DNA from: Neodothiora populina
Taxonomy: Eukaryota
Assembly (NCBI RefSeq): GCF_041146345.1
Contig: NW_027191402.1
Span: 868,001 to 932,000 of the forward strand
Reading direction: 5' to 3'
Length of the DNA: 64,000 nucleotides
Shown here: positions 24,401 through 37,454 of the stretch, piece by piece
Layout of the letters: each line of letters begins with the position of its first letter
Position numbering within the stretch: position 1 is the first letter of the stretch
Made by a program: the position numbers and the translations under genes
Notes under the pieces: model-generated
Databases searched by the model: none
What the model was told of the DNA's origin: nothing
Seen by the model: the letters and a program-made list of their open reading frames with translations, nothing else

Positions 24401-26917
24401 CTTCGTGGGTCGTGCATTAGGGCTCGCTAACAGATCAGGCACTTCAAACTGGTATGCCTTATACTAAGCAGCGATCTCCTGCATGTCACAAAACTCCCTG
24501 ATAAAGGCCTAGAGAAACCCCGGGAGAAACTCCAGCAACCTCATGTGCTTCACCCTACTTACAACCTCTCCACAAATCTAATGGTCCGCTACTACCAACG
24601 TGGCCACAGTGAACGAGCACCCCCTCGCTTTCCCCAGCCTTCTGACAGGCAGTAGCACAGTCCGCGGGTCGTTTCATAACCTTATCTAATCGCAAAGACC
24701 ACAGCCAAAATTGCGCCGAACAAGTTTGCAACAACTGATGGGGCCTCCGGACGAACTTATCTGTATCGACCCGACGAGCCTCAGACCCTGATCATCCAAA
24801 GAAGGGTTCCAGCCATGTGCGTCTATTCTGACTTGAATCAAGATCTTAGACCTATGTCCGAGTGAGGCTCGTCTGCCAACTTGACGAATCAGCCCACAGG
24901 CCTGCCTTACTCTTTGTCTAGGAGCTAGTGAGTGTGTTGCAAGTTGCTGCACTCTCTGCGGCCGGGAATCGGCCTGCTCGTTCCCCGGGCTGTCGTATTG
25001 GCCGACTCACGAACACGTGGTGATTTCACGCGCGCCAGCACTTCGGTTGGCAAGCACCATAAAACTTAACTCTTGGGCCAACCGATGTAATCACCATACT
25101 GTATTCCAGTGACCCTACAGTTGGGTTTCTGTCTCGGACTTCGCCTGAAAGACCGTGAGCTCTACTGATATACCCTACTTGTAGCGAGTACGCACGTAAC
25201 CCCGTGAATCTGGTACTCCTTGTCATCCCAACATCCATCAAAGTGCTAATTCGACCGTCGACTCTCGGGGGATCTCCGAGGTGACCCATTCCTACTGGGT
25301 CTTGAGCCCTATCTTACCCGCACCTAATCCACATCTATCCCCTGAACAACTCACATCTGCTGCAGGGTGTCCCTAGAAGCACCTCCGGATCGACCGAAAT
25401 CAAACTCACGTTTCGTTCATGCACGTTGTTTCTCCATTTGGACTCTGCTCAACTTCAGGCCATCGCTTAGCAACGTTCTCGATCCTCTGTATGGCTCCAC
25501 ACCTGTCAAAATGTACCGTTGGCGCCTGCGGCATCTCATTATACCCTTTCTTCCAGTGGCGTGTTGCGTTTAGACTATACGGTTCGAGTCCCGAGGATAG
25601 CGTGCATCAGATCGTAGATCTATTTCACCGACGTCTTAGCCCAACGCAAGCATACAAACATCTTGTGGTATGCGGGACGTGAGGCTCGGACGGCTGCTGC
25701 GGTTTCTGGACGCCATGGTTGCAGCCGCTGTGGCCGCCGCTGCCATTCAATATCTTCACCCGGCACGGTTTTCCAAGCCACATGCGGTGACTTTGTTGTT
25801 CCTTTTACCGGCTGGTTCTTTTCTCACATGTCAGTGCTGACAACGGAATTGCCGACGCGGTGCGAAAAAGGTACACGGCAGTAGTTATAGTTGGTAGTTA
25901 CTCCGGGCCACAGGCAGCACTCCGGGGTGGCCCTGTTTTACGAGGCTCACAGTAAGTACACTGACTGTGTCGAGGGCGTGATTGCAGCGCCCTCTCACCG
26001 GTCCCTTCCTCCCCCATAACTTACGATACAATACTGGCATATAGATAAAATGCCGATCGTCGATCGTAGTAGATATAGTTACTCCGGTATATTGAAGACT
26101 CTGCATCCGCATGGCAATACTCATGACCAAACAGCCAGCCTTTCCTGTCGACTCTGTTCTCGAAGGCATAGCACGACGAATCACATGCACAGGGGCCAGC
26201 ACCGTGATGGCGGAGCGAGTCTCCGTCCTTCACCGGGAGTCAGTCGTGTTAGTGCTGACCTCGCGAGCAGTCTGATTGCCTCACGGAGTAATTGTAGACT
26301 ATAACGGTGACATATTCCTAATCGACATGTCGCCATGGAGGAAAGACGGAACAAATGAGTGTAGCTGCTTGATATACCTACCAGAGCAAGACTGGACGTG
26401 AGAACGTTGTTGCTTTACCGACCATTGACTGTGATTCATGGATGCTTCGGTCTGATCACCACCGCCTTGATGTTGAAGATGTATCATAGCAAGCTTCGAA
26501 CAGACCCGGCTTGCTGACTTCAGGTAGATGGTCTGGCTCACCAAGTCATCCTTGCTGAGCATCTACGTCTGTCAGAACAGCTTACACCCACCGATGGGGC
26601 TTTCACCTCATCTCCTGTGTATATCCATTACGATATGGAACCCTCAATTCGTGCACATGTGAGTAGAAGACGTTGCTCTGGTCAACTTATCTGCAATCTG
26701 CACCGAGAAAGCTGACACTAGAGAATTATTACAAGTTCTACGAGAAGTCATTGTATATGGAGGGAACGATTATGCTGACCAGTCTAGAATGATCTTCAGT
26801 CCAGAATCTTAGGTATTGCTCGACAGCTCTATTGCGAAACGAGTTGCAAAGTAATACGTTGAGCAACTTTTTGCAATTACGAATATTGACTTTTCATACC
26901 AACGTGAGATACCGCAC

Positions 26918-29900
26918 TCACGCAAGCAAATCCTCAAGCGCATCCTTCTCACCGCTTTCATTGAGCATATTCCAAAACAAGCCCTTCCTCTTCGCCAGCA
27001 CCTTAGGCTCATCGAACTCAGCAACCCTCCCATCACTCATGACAAGGATCTTGTCAAAGTCAGCAACAGTGCTGAGTCGATGGGCCACGACGAGCAAAGT
27101 GCTGTTGCGGAATTCCTTGCGAATGCTGCGCTGGATCATGGTGTCGGTCGCCATATCTACTGCGCTCGTCGCCTCGTCTAAAACCATTATCCTGGGTCGT
27201 GATAAGATTGCTCGCGCTAGACAGACGAGCTGCTTTTCTCCTTGGCTTAGGTTTGCTCCGCCTCGAGTGACTGGGGACGAGAGGTCGGTGAAGATGTTCG
27301 CGTGGCGCGCAGGCATATCTGGGTGTGAGACTGGCGAGACGCGTTTGAGAGCTTCTAACAGAGCCATATCACTGTGCTCGTTAAATGGATCTAGGTTTGA
27401 TCTCAAAGTACCTGAGAAGAGAGCCGGGTCTTGTGGTATGATTGCCAGTCGGCTGCGCACATCGTGTAACTTGAGCGTTTTGATGTCCACGCCATCAATC
27501 TCAACAGAGCCCTGGCGTGCCTCGAGAAATCGGAATAGAGCAAGCGTTAGAGATGACTTGCCGCTACCGGTACGGCCAACGATACCGACTCGTTCGCATG
27601 ACTTCACCGAAAAACTGATTCCTTTCAGCACTGGGTCCAGGTCGTGTGCGTAGCTGACTTCCAGATCCTGAACTTCGATCTTGCCCTCTGACGGCCAGGA
27701 CTGTTGCGCTTCTGCTCCTGAGGTCGGTTCAGTCTTCAGACGCGTGTACTCGAGTACCCTTTCTGTAGAGTTCATGTCAAGCTCTGCCTCGGTGTATCTG
27801 CTGATAGTCCCCTTGATGACTTCTGAAAAATCAAGCGCGAAGCTCAAGGCAAAGCCTGCTAGAGATGCATCGATGGTAGGCAAGCATGCTACTCCCACAG
27901 CGATACACAAGGTAAAGAAAACTCCGAGGACCCCTTGACGGACTTTCATCCATTGCCCCGCTAGGAGGATATACCATGATGATTGTGCATATCTGTCGAT
28001 GTGACTATTCATGCGCACGATGTAGTCATCAATTCTTCCGAAACTACGTATCGTAGCCAGGCCCGAAAGCGTCGAGCCAACCAGCTCGAATATTGGTGAT
28101 TTGGCATTCGATTCGAGTCTCTTGATGTCTCTAGCAGCATCCAAGTAGAGGTAGACGATAGAGATGCAGAGAATTGATAGAATGAACACTGGGGCTATCA
28201 TCCACAAGGAGACAATGAGTGCTGCAGCCATGATGGACATGATAGAAAAGATACCGTTTACGCTCCATTGCAGGTCTCCACCGAGCCTGCTGTCGATTAG
28301 TGCAAAGTCTCCGACGAAACGGTTCAATGTGCGACCGATCGGCTGTGTGTCAAGCCATCGTAGCTGAGCTCGGAGCACGTTGGATGTGACCGTCTCAAAC
28401 AGCTTACGAGCCGCCCGAAGGGATGCTGTAAGGACTAATATGATTTTGACACCGACCAATGCGACTGACACCATTGATATGAGGATATAAATGCCCAGAT
28501 AGAACACCAAGTTGGGCTGGGAGGAGCTCATGGAGGTTGCGTGATCGTGATTGTTTTGTTCAGGACCTTCGGTGGTGTTGTATGTCTCTGTCCATATTGC
28601 CAACCAGTAGGAACGAGCGACGGTTGAGAATGCTGCAAGAGTGAAGATAGCAAATGTCATGGTCCAGTAGAGAAATCCGCCGGAAGCCTTGAGATATGTC
28701 TCGTAGACTTGCCATTTCACCCGTCCTTGCTGCCGTTCTTCATCCTCGACGAATTTTCTCGCCTTGATCTTGGGTGTGTCGCTAGGCAATGGTTCTTCCT
28801 CAGACGGAGTAGATGCGAGCTTAGCTTCCGGTAACATTGACGGATCTGTGAGTCGAGGAGGCTGTGATATGGGTTCGTCGGAAGTATCATGCTTTCCGCT
28901 TGCCGTCCCGTCGCCATCCAGGGTGACAACATATGCTGCATAGCGCTTCACGAGGCCAACGTGATGAGTAACCAGGATCTTGGTGCGATTCTCTCCAAGA
29001 GGCCCAAGGATTGCATGGTCGAGCAAGTGACGGCCTACATGGCTATCAACTGCGCTGAATATGTCGTCAAGGACAAGAACGCCAGCTCGGGAGTACAGTG
29101 CTCTTGCGAACGTGAGCCTCCATCGCTGTCCACCACTCAAGTTTATACCAGTCGCGCCGACCTCGGTATCTTCTCCATCAGGCAGCATACTGATGTCTTC
29201 GGCAAGGGAGCAAGCATGTATGACTTGTGTGTATCGATCATGGTGGTATGGGAGGCCGTATAGGATGGTATCTCGTACAGAGGCATTCTCAATCCACGGA
29301 ACTTGTCCAACATAGGCCAGGGCATCAGATATGATCCAATTGTCAGTTGAGGCATGCTCGTTGTCTCGCTTGTTCATGGGCAGGGCTTGGGGAACCCGTA
29401 TATCGCCGGCAATGATGTCTGCTTCACCGATTATGGCACTCAAAAGTAGACTCTTGCCTGTTCCTGTCTTTCCTTCAATGATACTGCAAGTGTCAGTGTT
29501 GAGAACGTTGAGAGAAGAGTGAAAAAAAACCATTACCTTAATCTATTGTTTGGGAATTGCAGGCTCAAATTTCGTAGAGTGAAGTTCTTTGACGATCGAG
29601 AGTTCGATGGCCATGTGATTGACGCATTATCGAATGCTATGGCGGCGCCTGCTTTCGATGTTCCGAGCCTCTCATCGGAATTGAGGTGTTCCTGAATTCT
29701 GTTTGCACTTACTCGAGCATCGAGCATTTCTGTGATCGTTATAGGTATGGTACTAATGGTCCATTCGAGGCTTGAGAATATAGAGAGCGCAGTAAAGGCC
29801 ACGGAAGGGAGCATTTGTTCACTCGTTAGGGCGTACACACTCAAGGCGGTTGCACCTATCAAGGCAGGCATAGCGATCCAGCAAAAGGTAATGAAGATTG

Positions 29901-31586
29901 TCCAGACATAAACACCCCATTGAGCTTTCAGTTCTTGCTCACGGACGGCTAGTATGCGTTCTTCCCACTGTTTTTCTGTTGCCGAAAATTTGATTTGTCG
30001 GATCCCGACGAGAGCCTCCTCAACGACATGTGCTTTGTCATCTCTGGCTGCCATGACCTTGAGCTGTCTGCTCGTGTAGTGCTTTGTGGCTATATTATTC
30101 AGAGGTTGGAAAATCACAGGCACAGCAAAGCCTGCGAGTGTGCTAAAGAATAACGTTAGTCAGATACACGGCTGTTGGCTGATGACTAAAACATACCTCT
30201 GCCAGCCGACAAGTGTGATCAGCAGCAAAGCAGTGACTGTTACTTTTAGAGCTCCTCGAAGCAAGTCCTGATTGTAGCCACAAAAGTCGGACACACGCTG
30301 CACATCAACCCCGAGGAGGTTGAGAATACCTTTGGCTGCACTATGGGTGCTTTTGTCGTCAGGTTCTTGCTCTTGCTCCACAGCTTTCACATGTGGTAGC
30401 AACGCATCTGTCTCCTGAGCTTCTTCTTGAGCGGCTTCGTCAGCAAGAGGCTTCTCGTCCTTCTTGTGATCAGTGCCTTCAACTATCTTCATTCGCAAAG
30501 ACTTCGCAAAGATCACAGCTGACAACTGCGAACGTATCGGTATCGCAAAGAGTCCAAAGCTGACCCATTGTAGCCAATTACTAAGTCCTACATGCACTAT
30601 TTTGGAATTTGCGAGCCCCAGTGACCACATCCAGATCGCCGAGTTGTCAGTAGAGTGCTCTAAGGATCGTTTTTCCAAAAGCGATAAGATCTTGAACATG
30701 CACAGAGGTGGCAGAATTGAGACTACACTCTCGATCGTAGCAACAAGCCACTGCTGGACTATCGTGCTGTAATGATCGCGAATGATGAGTCTCCATAAAG
30801 GCCGTCTTTGAGCTTCTTGTACAGGAAAGCGAGCCTCGAGATTATTTGATCTCGTAGTATGATCGAGGACTGGCAGGTCATCGTACTCGATAGGTCTTAG
30901 TTTCCGCGCTTGGTCCAGTAGGGGACGGACCCAGGCAAAGGTGTATCTGCTATCCTTAGTAGTTGACCACCTCGATCGCAAAGCCAAAACCAACCTTTGA
31001 ATGGCAGAGCAAGTATACTGGCCATCTACAATCGAATTTTCAAAACTGACATCAGGACGTCGATGTAGCGAGCAAGAGGCGATAGCGACGCATAATCCAG
31101 GGGCGAATTGGCACCAGTATATGACTTTATCGACGTCAGGCAAGGTGGAGTAGTCCTCGAGAAGAATAGCTGAAGAGAGCACGAGCGAGGATAGTGCCAT
31201 CAATAGACCGATGCTGAAGCGTTGTCTGCTATTATGCTCACGAACAAGCAGGAGAGCCTCGAGATTTATGATGATCTGTCTTCCCGGTTAGTAGAAAAAG
31301 TGGAAATATTCCTTTGACATACCCATCCGCCCATTATCATGCCATAATGTGGCTGGAGGCCTGTCAGAATGAAGTTGAATATAGCGCAACCGAGAGACCC
31401 AAGAGTAAGAGTACAGATTGACAACCTGAACACTCGCCCTTCACAGGTGTCCGTCGCTGCTTCGCCATCCTCATCCTGATATGCGTGCTTGGAGCCTTGC
31501 GATCTTGAGCATCGGCTGGCGACGAAACAGCAAGCCACTATCACAACGCCTAGACTGGCAGCAGTCGCAAATGTTGATATCAACAT
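26918..31586 (-). CDS. ABCC/MRP-family ABC transporter (YBT1/bile-acid-transporter-like), 5 exons
   Basis: NBD1 GKTGTGKS, LSGGQ, LVLDDIFSAVD; NBD2 GIVGRTGSGKS, LSQGEKQ, VLDEATSAVD, AHRL; two TMDs. Introns at about 31322-31276, 30994-30947, 30196-30136 and 29536-29485. Confidence 0.93.
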
Positions 31587-33088
31587 AGCTTGATGTCAGG
31601 GCGCTCACTCAGCGCAGGAAACGACTGGACACCTAGCCGTGTCGGTTTGAGAGAAGTGCAAGAGCATGATACCGTACAATTCCGTCGTATTTATTTTCCT
31701 TGTACGCATAACAGATTTGGGATAAGCGACGACTTCGCGTGGTTTAGACGCCACTAGCATTAGGCTGTAGTAGCGCAAGGAACAGATGAGTCAATCCCAC
31801 ACGATGCTCCACAATAACACTTACTATTTCTAGACACCGCTGATGGACACAGTCAATCAGAAAAGAGCACCATACCGCATGAAGAAGGTCATCGGAGTTC
31901 TGGTTTTTTTTTGGGCACTCTCTGATGGAAAAAGAAAGATACTGTACAGTACTGTTTTGTACATGGTGCTCTCACTGCTGCAACTGTACCAAATTCGACA
32001 TTCTATACGGAGTACTATCGGACCCTTGATAATAATAACGCAGCATGACGGCGTGCACTAAAATAAGGTATAGTGTTGTACCTGAGCAGCGTGTTGACTA
32101 ACTTCACAACCCTGTCCAGCCTTAAAAGTTAACACAAGACACCCGATTCAAGCGCAGGAGTGATATGCGAACTATTGTGAGTACCCAAGGACGGAACACA
32201 CGGGGCTGTTCGCAAAGACTGAAGACGGTTTGTTGACTCTGTTGAGCTTGAGTCGCGGGAGGCCTAGTATGATGAGCACCCGCGATCTGCGTGCACTATA
32301 CCTATGAGACGTGATTGCGGATCAATTAGACAGCACCTCGAGCGAGGCGAAATCTAAAGGGCAACCCTGTCCTTCTGTCTATGATTCATTCACATCACTT
32401 TCTCTATCTATATACTCAATAATTACCCCTCATGTTGAACGATCTGTTGATTGATTTGAGATCATGTCATGTGTAACGACGCATATGTGACGGAAAGTCA
32501 AAATTTTAAATCGAAAGAGTACAGGGGACTGTATGCTCACGTCTCCGGACTACTTCCTACCTACCGGTAATTCTGATCAATCCCTGTCGGGGATACCTTT
32601 CATGTATGAGCAAGCCACGAGGACACAGTCAAAGCTTGACAAACAGTATATATGTATTGCTCAATTGGTATAATGTTTACAAAAACAAAAAAGGAATAGC
32701 CTTTCCCTGCAGAAAGAAGTAGGATCATCCTCCACTGGAAAAAACCAAGGTACATTTTCTGGCTTCTTATGTCCCAGTAACGACGCCAGAAAAGGAAGGA
32801 AAAGACAGAACAGAAGACAGAAGAAAATCAGAAAACAAAAGCCCAGACGCCTTGCTTGAACGATTAAAAGTGAGAACCAGAACGCGCAGTGAACGGCAAT
32901 AGCAATAGTAATAGCAATGTTGTCGTGAGTGCCGTGCCCGAAGAAGAAAACCGTAAGGAAAAACACCTTTCCCCCCCTTTCCCCAATTCCGTCACTGCTT
33001 ATCTCCTCGTACAATCTGTGGTCATTGATATGACCTGTCCAATTTCTTCACTTGCCTGTAGGTTCAATTCGTGTCGTTTGCAGATCCC

Positions 33089-36000
33089 TCATACACTGAC
33101 CTCACCAGGGTCGTCTTCGAGACCGCCGTCACTAACAAACAATGAAGTCATGCCGCCAATGTCTTCGTTGCCTTGCGAACCTTCTAAGCCACCTACGCCG
33201 CCTCCACCGCTACCGCATGCATCTTGCAAGCTTACACCCTCGCCCTCTCCACGTTCGACAAACCTGTCACGCCCGCCAGAGCTTAATTCTTCGTAGATGC
33301 GCCGGAAATATATCTTCAAGCTGCGAAGACCACGAAGGTAGCCCCTGTCGACGCCTTGTGGGTCGTGTGGCGGACACGATGCTGTGGCAATACCACCGTC
33401 TTTGTTGTTAGGGTCGAACAAGTCCTCAGCAGTGACACAGTTTGCAAAATCGACGATCTTGAGGAGAATCTGATCTTCGCGTTTCTTGTCCTTTACTTTC
33501 TCACCACTATTCGGAGATGGCGCACGGAGCTTTCCATCCTGATCGACATCGCCACGGTCATAGATCATCAACAGAGATGAAGCATAGAAGCGATAACCAT
33601 TCAGCCCTCGCACGATACGCTCGAGCTGCGCGATTTTTTCGAGAACACGAGGGATGTGTTTCAAAGCGCGAGCGTGACCAATGCCATCAAAGAAGAAGCG
33701 CTTCAGTGCTTCACGGAACTCTCGTCCGGCTTTCAAATCACGACCGAAATATTTGTCTTCGAAGACTGAACGCTGCTCGCGGACGTTCCATACCTGCATG
33801 CCGCAGACACGTACGCCAAGCTCGCGAGACGTCGTTGATTGACATTTTCTGCGCTGTGATTTCTGCTTCTTGCTGTCGGCATGAATACCATATTGGCGGG
33901 TGCCCATCTTCAGATCGAGCACACAAGGATGGACCATTCCTGCCGTAAGATCTTCGAGCAAGATAAAATGTGCGATGCGGCCGGGATCAGAGTCGGACGT
34001 CGTGGGTGCTGCGACGGACTGATCGGGATTATGTGGACGTTCTGGCAGATCAATCGGAGCCGCAAGGCTTGGGGCGGTTGCTGGCGAGGTTTCGCTCGTG
34101 GGCGGCTCACTAATAGAGATACGAGGTTGAGGCTTGGGAAGCTTGAACTCTGGCGGACCCTGGGCAGGCTTCTGCGGTGATGCGCCGCGGTCCTCTTCGT
34201 CCATGTCCATGGAGAATACATCCTCGCCGTCACCTTTGTAGCCCGCGTCTTCATGATATTCCAAATCTCCAAGACCGTTGTCAATATCAGTCGCTTTTCG
34301 TCGCAGCCCTGAGCCAGAGTGTCGTCGCCGCGGAGTTTTGAAGTCTGGATCGAGCAAGGGATTATCAAAGTCGTTTTCCATGCTGCGAGATTCACCAACA
34401 CCTTGTGCCTGATGCCCAGGTCGGGCTTCCATATACTCATGCAGTGGCCTCTCGCGATCGATGCTGTTCTTAATGGCCAGTCGCCGCGTGGTGTCACAAG
34501 TGGGTGACCGGAGAAGTGGCGCAAGGTCGATGCTGTTGTGACGTTGGTCGAGTCGCTCAGGGGCCGACTGGTCGGCCAACGATGGCATGGACTCGCGCTG
34601 CTGCAATTGCCTCACAGATCGACTGGAAAACTTACTCCTACGCCCGTTTCTGTGGTGGATCTGTGGGTCCTTGAAGAAGACGTCCCTAAAGACTTTGGTT
34701 TGCAGATCTTGATTGACAATAGTAGCCCCCCAACTGTGTTGCGATCGGAGGAGGGGACGATCCTCGCTGCGAGGGCTCGACAGAGGGGAGTCATCTTGGT
34801 GGTCCCGACTCGTCATCTCACTGATCGAGTGCGGACGATCCTGTCGTCGCAAAGAAAGCGGAACATGGTACGGGATAGCCGTGGCCGGTCTGGGCGGAAG
34901 ATTCTGCAGGAAATCACGGGGGAGAATGTGCATGTTGTTGGTGAGACTGACCTCTGGGACAACGTTAGTGTTTTGCGAGTGGCTGACGATGCGCGGCTGA
35001 TCTTTCTCAGCAAGCGAAAGCGACCCCTTCTTCGGAGATGTTCCCTCCGGGTCGTTGTTGGCTGATTTGGATGGATCCTCTTCATGCTTCGTCTTCCGCT
35101 TCTTGGCTGGCTTCTTGTAAGTCACATTGAGGACACCGATATATTTGGGTAAGAAGTCAAGCAGCTCGGGATGGGACTGCTCGACCGTCTCGTAAAATTC
35201 ATTCTCTTTGCTGTTGAGCTGCTTGCAGACTGCTTGTCTAGAGAAGCTGTAGACAGTGCTGTGACCTCCGACCTGATGATCGTACGGCTTGAGCTCGACC
35301 GCGCCAACAGGCGGTGGCTGCGACTCGGTGGCTGTAGCATGATCAGCAGGTACGTCAGAGGGCTTTTGCATGACGGACTTGGCAGTAGGGGTAGGTGTCG
35401 GAGTGACTTCATCGTTGTCGGTAGGGGCAGAATCGTACGAGTCCGAGGCATATTCAGTATCGGAATATACATCAGACACGGTGGAGGCAGGAGGAGGCAC
35501 TTGTACTTGGTCATGATCCTTTTGGTCGGAAGATTTGCGACTAACTGGAATTTCACCATGCAAGACCTGACTCTCATCTTCCGACAGCAGAGCTATCTCG
35601 ACATTGGCAGGACCAGCATCTGGACCCGCCTCGAGCACATCCTTGATAGGGGCGTGCAAAGAAACTTGTGCAGACATGGGAGGGGCTTTCTCCAGAGCCT
35701 CTTCTTGTGCTGGAGTGGGGGCAGCAGATGGTCTTGCACTTTTTCCTCGATGAGGAATGTATTGAGCAGAAGAAATCTGTTCCTGATCCGACTCCTCGTC
35801 CTCCTGTTCCTCTTGGATTTCCTTCTGCAACTTCGCCTCCCGAGTAAGCAGAGACTGTTTGGGCACATCGCTAGACACTTCGGCCTGTTGGGTTGGTCAG
35901 CTTGAGAACTCAATTGTTGGTGAAATAAAACATCATGTAGCCAGTATGCAGATCCGAAAGAAAGAAGAGAAAAGAGAAAAAAAAAGATTGCCATACCTTG

Positions 36001-37454
36001 TGAAATCCAAGTGCCTCAGCTTCCTCCTTTGCGGGCACAGCAGGTTGCGAAGGCTGCTTGGTAGTCTTCTTGGTCTTATTTGTGATTATGTGGTGATTGC
36101 GAATGTCCTCGAGCAGACTCGGAGGGATCTGATGCGAGTCTTGCGTCGATTCGTTGTCATTCGCATCGTGTAGAGAGACGTGATCTAGCTCGTCTCTCGG
36201 CGGACTTTGTTCTGTCGGATGTTGTTTTGAGCTGGTTCGTGTGGTGTGCTCCTCGTTGATGCTATCAGGTTGCAGATGTGTTTCGTCACTGCCAGAACGA
36301 TCGGAGTGGCTAGACGGGGCTGCGGCTCCGCCGTCGTCTGCAAGGATTAGCACGTCTTTCTGAGACCAGAAACAGCAGGTATACGCACCGATGACACTAT
36401 CATCACGACCCTCGTCGACAGAAAGCAGTTGCGTCGAATGCCTGTCCCTCGCCTTCTCTTCGGCCTTTTTCACCTCCTGCTCGTTCTCTTTGAACAGACC
36501 CAGGTAGTGACTGGTCTTTCTGCTTCGCACGTTCTGGCCCTGCTCCGCCTTGGGCAGTTTGGCATCGATCTTTCTCTCCACATCTTCCGTCTCGTTCTGG
36601 AGTCGCTGGGACTCGGCGATGGTTTTGCCATTCATCTTGGCGTTTCCTTCTCGCCAGGAGCGGTAAGATTGGCGTTCCGCACTGCTCTGAACGTCGTCGA
36701 GATGCCGCGGGTAGAGACTGAGTGGAGTCGAGGGCGTGGATGGGCGGCTAGGTCTGTTGCTGCCTCTGCCGCTACTGCTGCTGCCGCTGCCCCGGCGGTG
36801 AAGGCTGGATCGTCTGCTGGGGCCGAGGATGTCTGCGAGATGATGATGACTGTGGTATTGTTGTTGATGCTGCGTGGACAAGTCGGAGCGATAGGATAAC
36901 GATGTGATGGAAGCCTTTTCGAAGAGGGAATTGCGGTCGCGTGGGATGGAAGCAAGATGAGGCGCGAGAGAAGGAGGCTTGACGTGATTATCCAGACTGT
37001 GTGCAGGTGCAGGCGCAATTGCCATTTCTGACGCTCTTTCACTTCCAGCGATCGTGCCTGCCCTGTTTGGAATGTCAATGCTGCGACCACTCCTACCACC
37101 GCTGTCGCTGTCGCTGTCGCTGTCGCGGTTGCTGTTTCTGTGCGTCGCGCCTTCACCGTGCGGCACGTCCCTTCCGTTTACAGTCTCAGCCAGAGCCGGG
37201 AAAACCGAGTCTTCGTCTGCACTCCGTCTGCGTGTGCTGCTATTATTGGTCTTGTCAGTGTCTGTGGTGATGCTGCCTTTACCAGCTATGGGCGATGCGG
37301 TCTCCTCGTCGTGAGCATAACTTGTCGCAAATATGGAGTCGCGCTCGCTGAGTTGTGCCTCATATTGGTACTTGTATTGTCGCGATGGGTAAGGGACCGT
37401 CTTGGACCGGTTGAGCTTTGAAGCCGGGAAAGACGAGCCATTGATATCCTTCAT
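33089..37454 (-). CDS. KCS1: Inositol hexakisphosphate/polyphosphate kinase (IPK family), 3 exons
   Basis: [47 protein letters not shown] (PxxxDxKxG), [21 protein letters not shown]. Introns 36388-36338 and 35996-35885. The start at 37454 is the first in-frame ATG. Confidence 0.9.

Noticed and set aside
26832..27653. 273-aa plus-strand ORF opposite the ABC NBD2
   Set aside because: Typical antisense shadow of an ABC ATPase domain.
18784..31586. Zn2Cys6 factor plus ABC transporter as a secondary-metabolite or detox cluster
   Set aside because: They are 7 kb apart, with no backbone or tailoring enzyme between or near them.
35171..35905. 244-aa plus-strand ORF
   Set aside because: Antisense to KCS1 exon 3; low-complexity mirror translation.
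37101..37124. (GCTGTC)4 repeat, and the (GCTTCT)n repeat at the ZPR1 3' end
   Set aside because: Ordinary coding microsatellites encoding DS and AS dipeptide runs.
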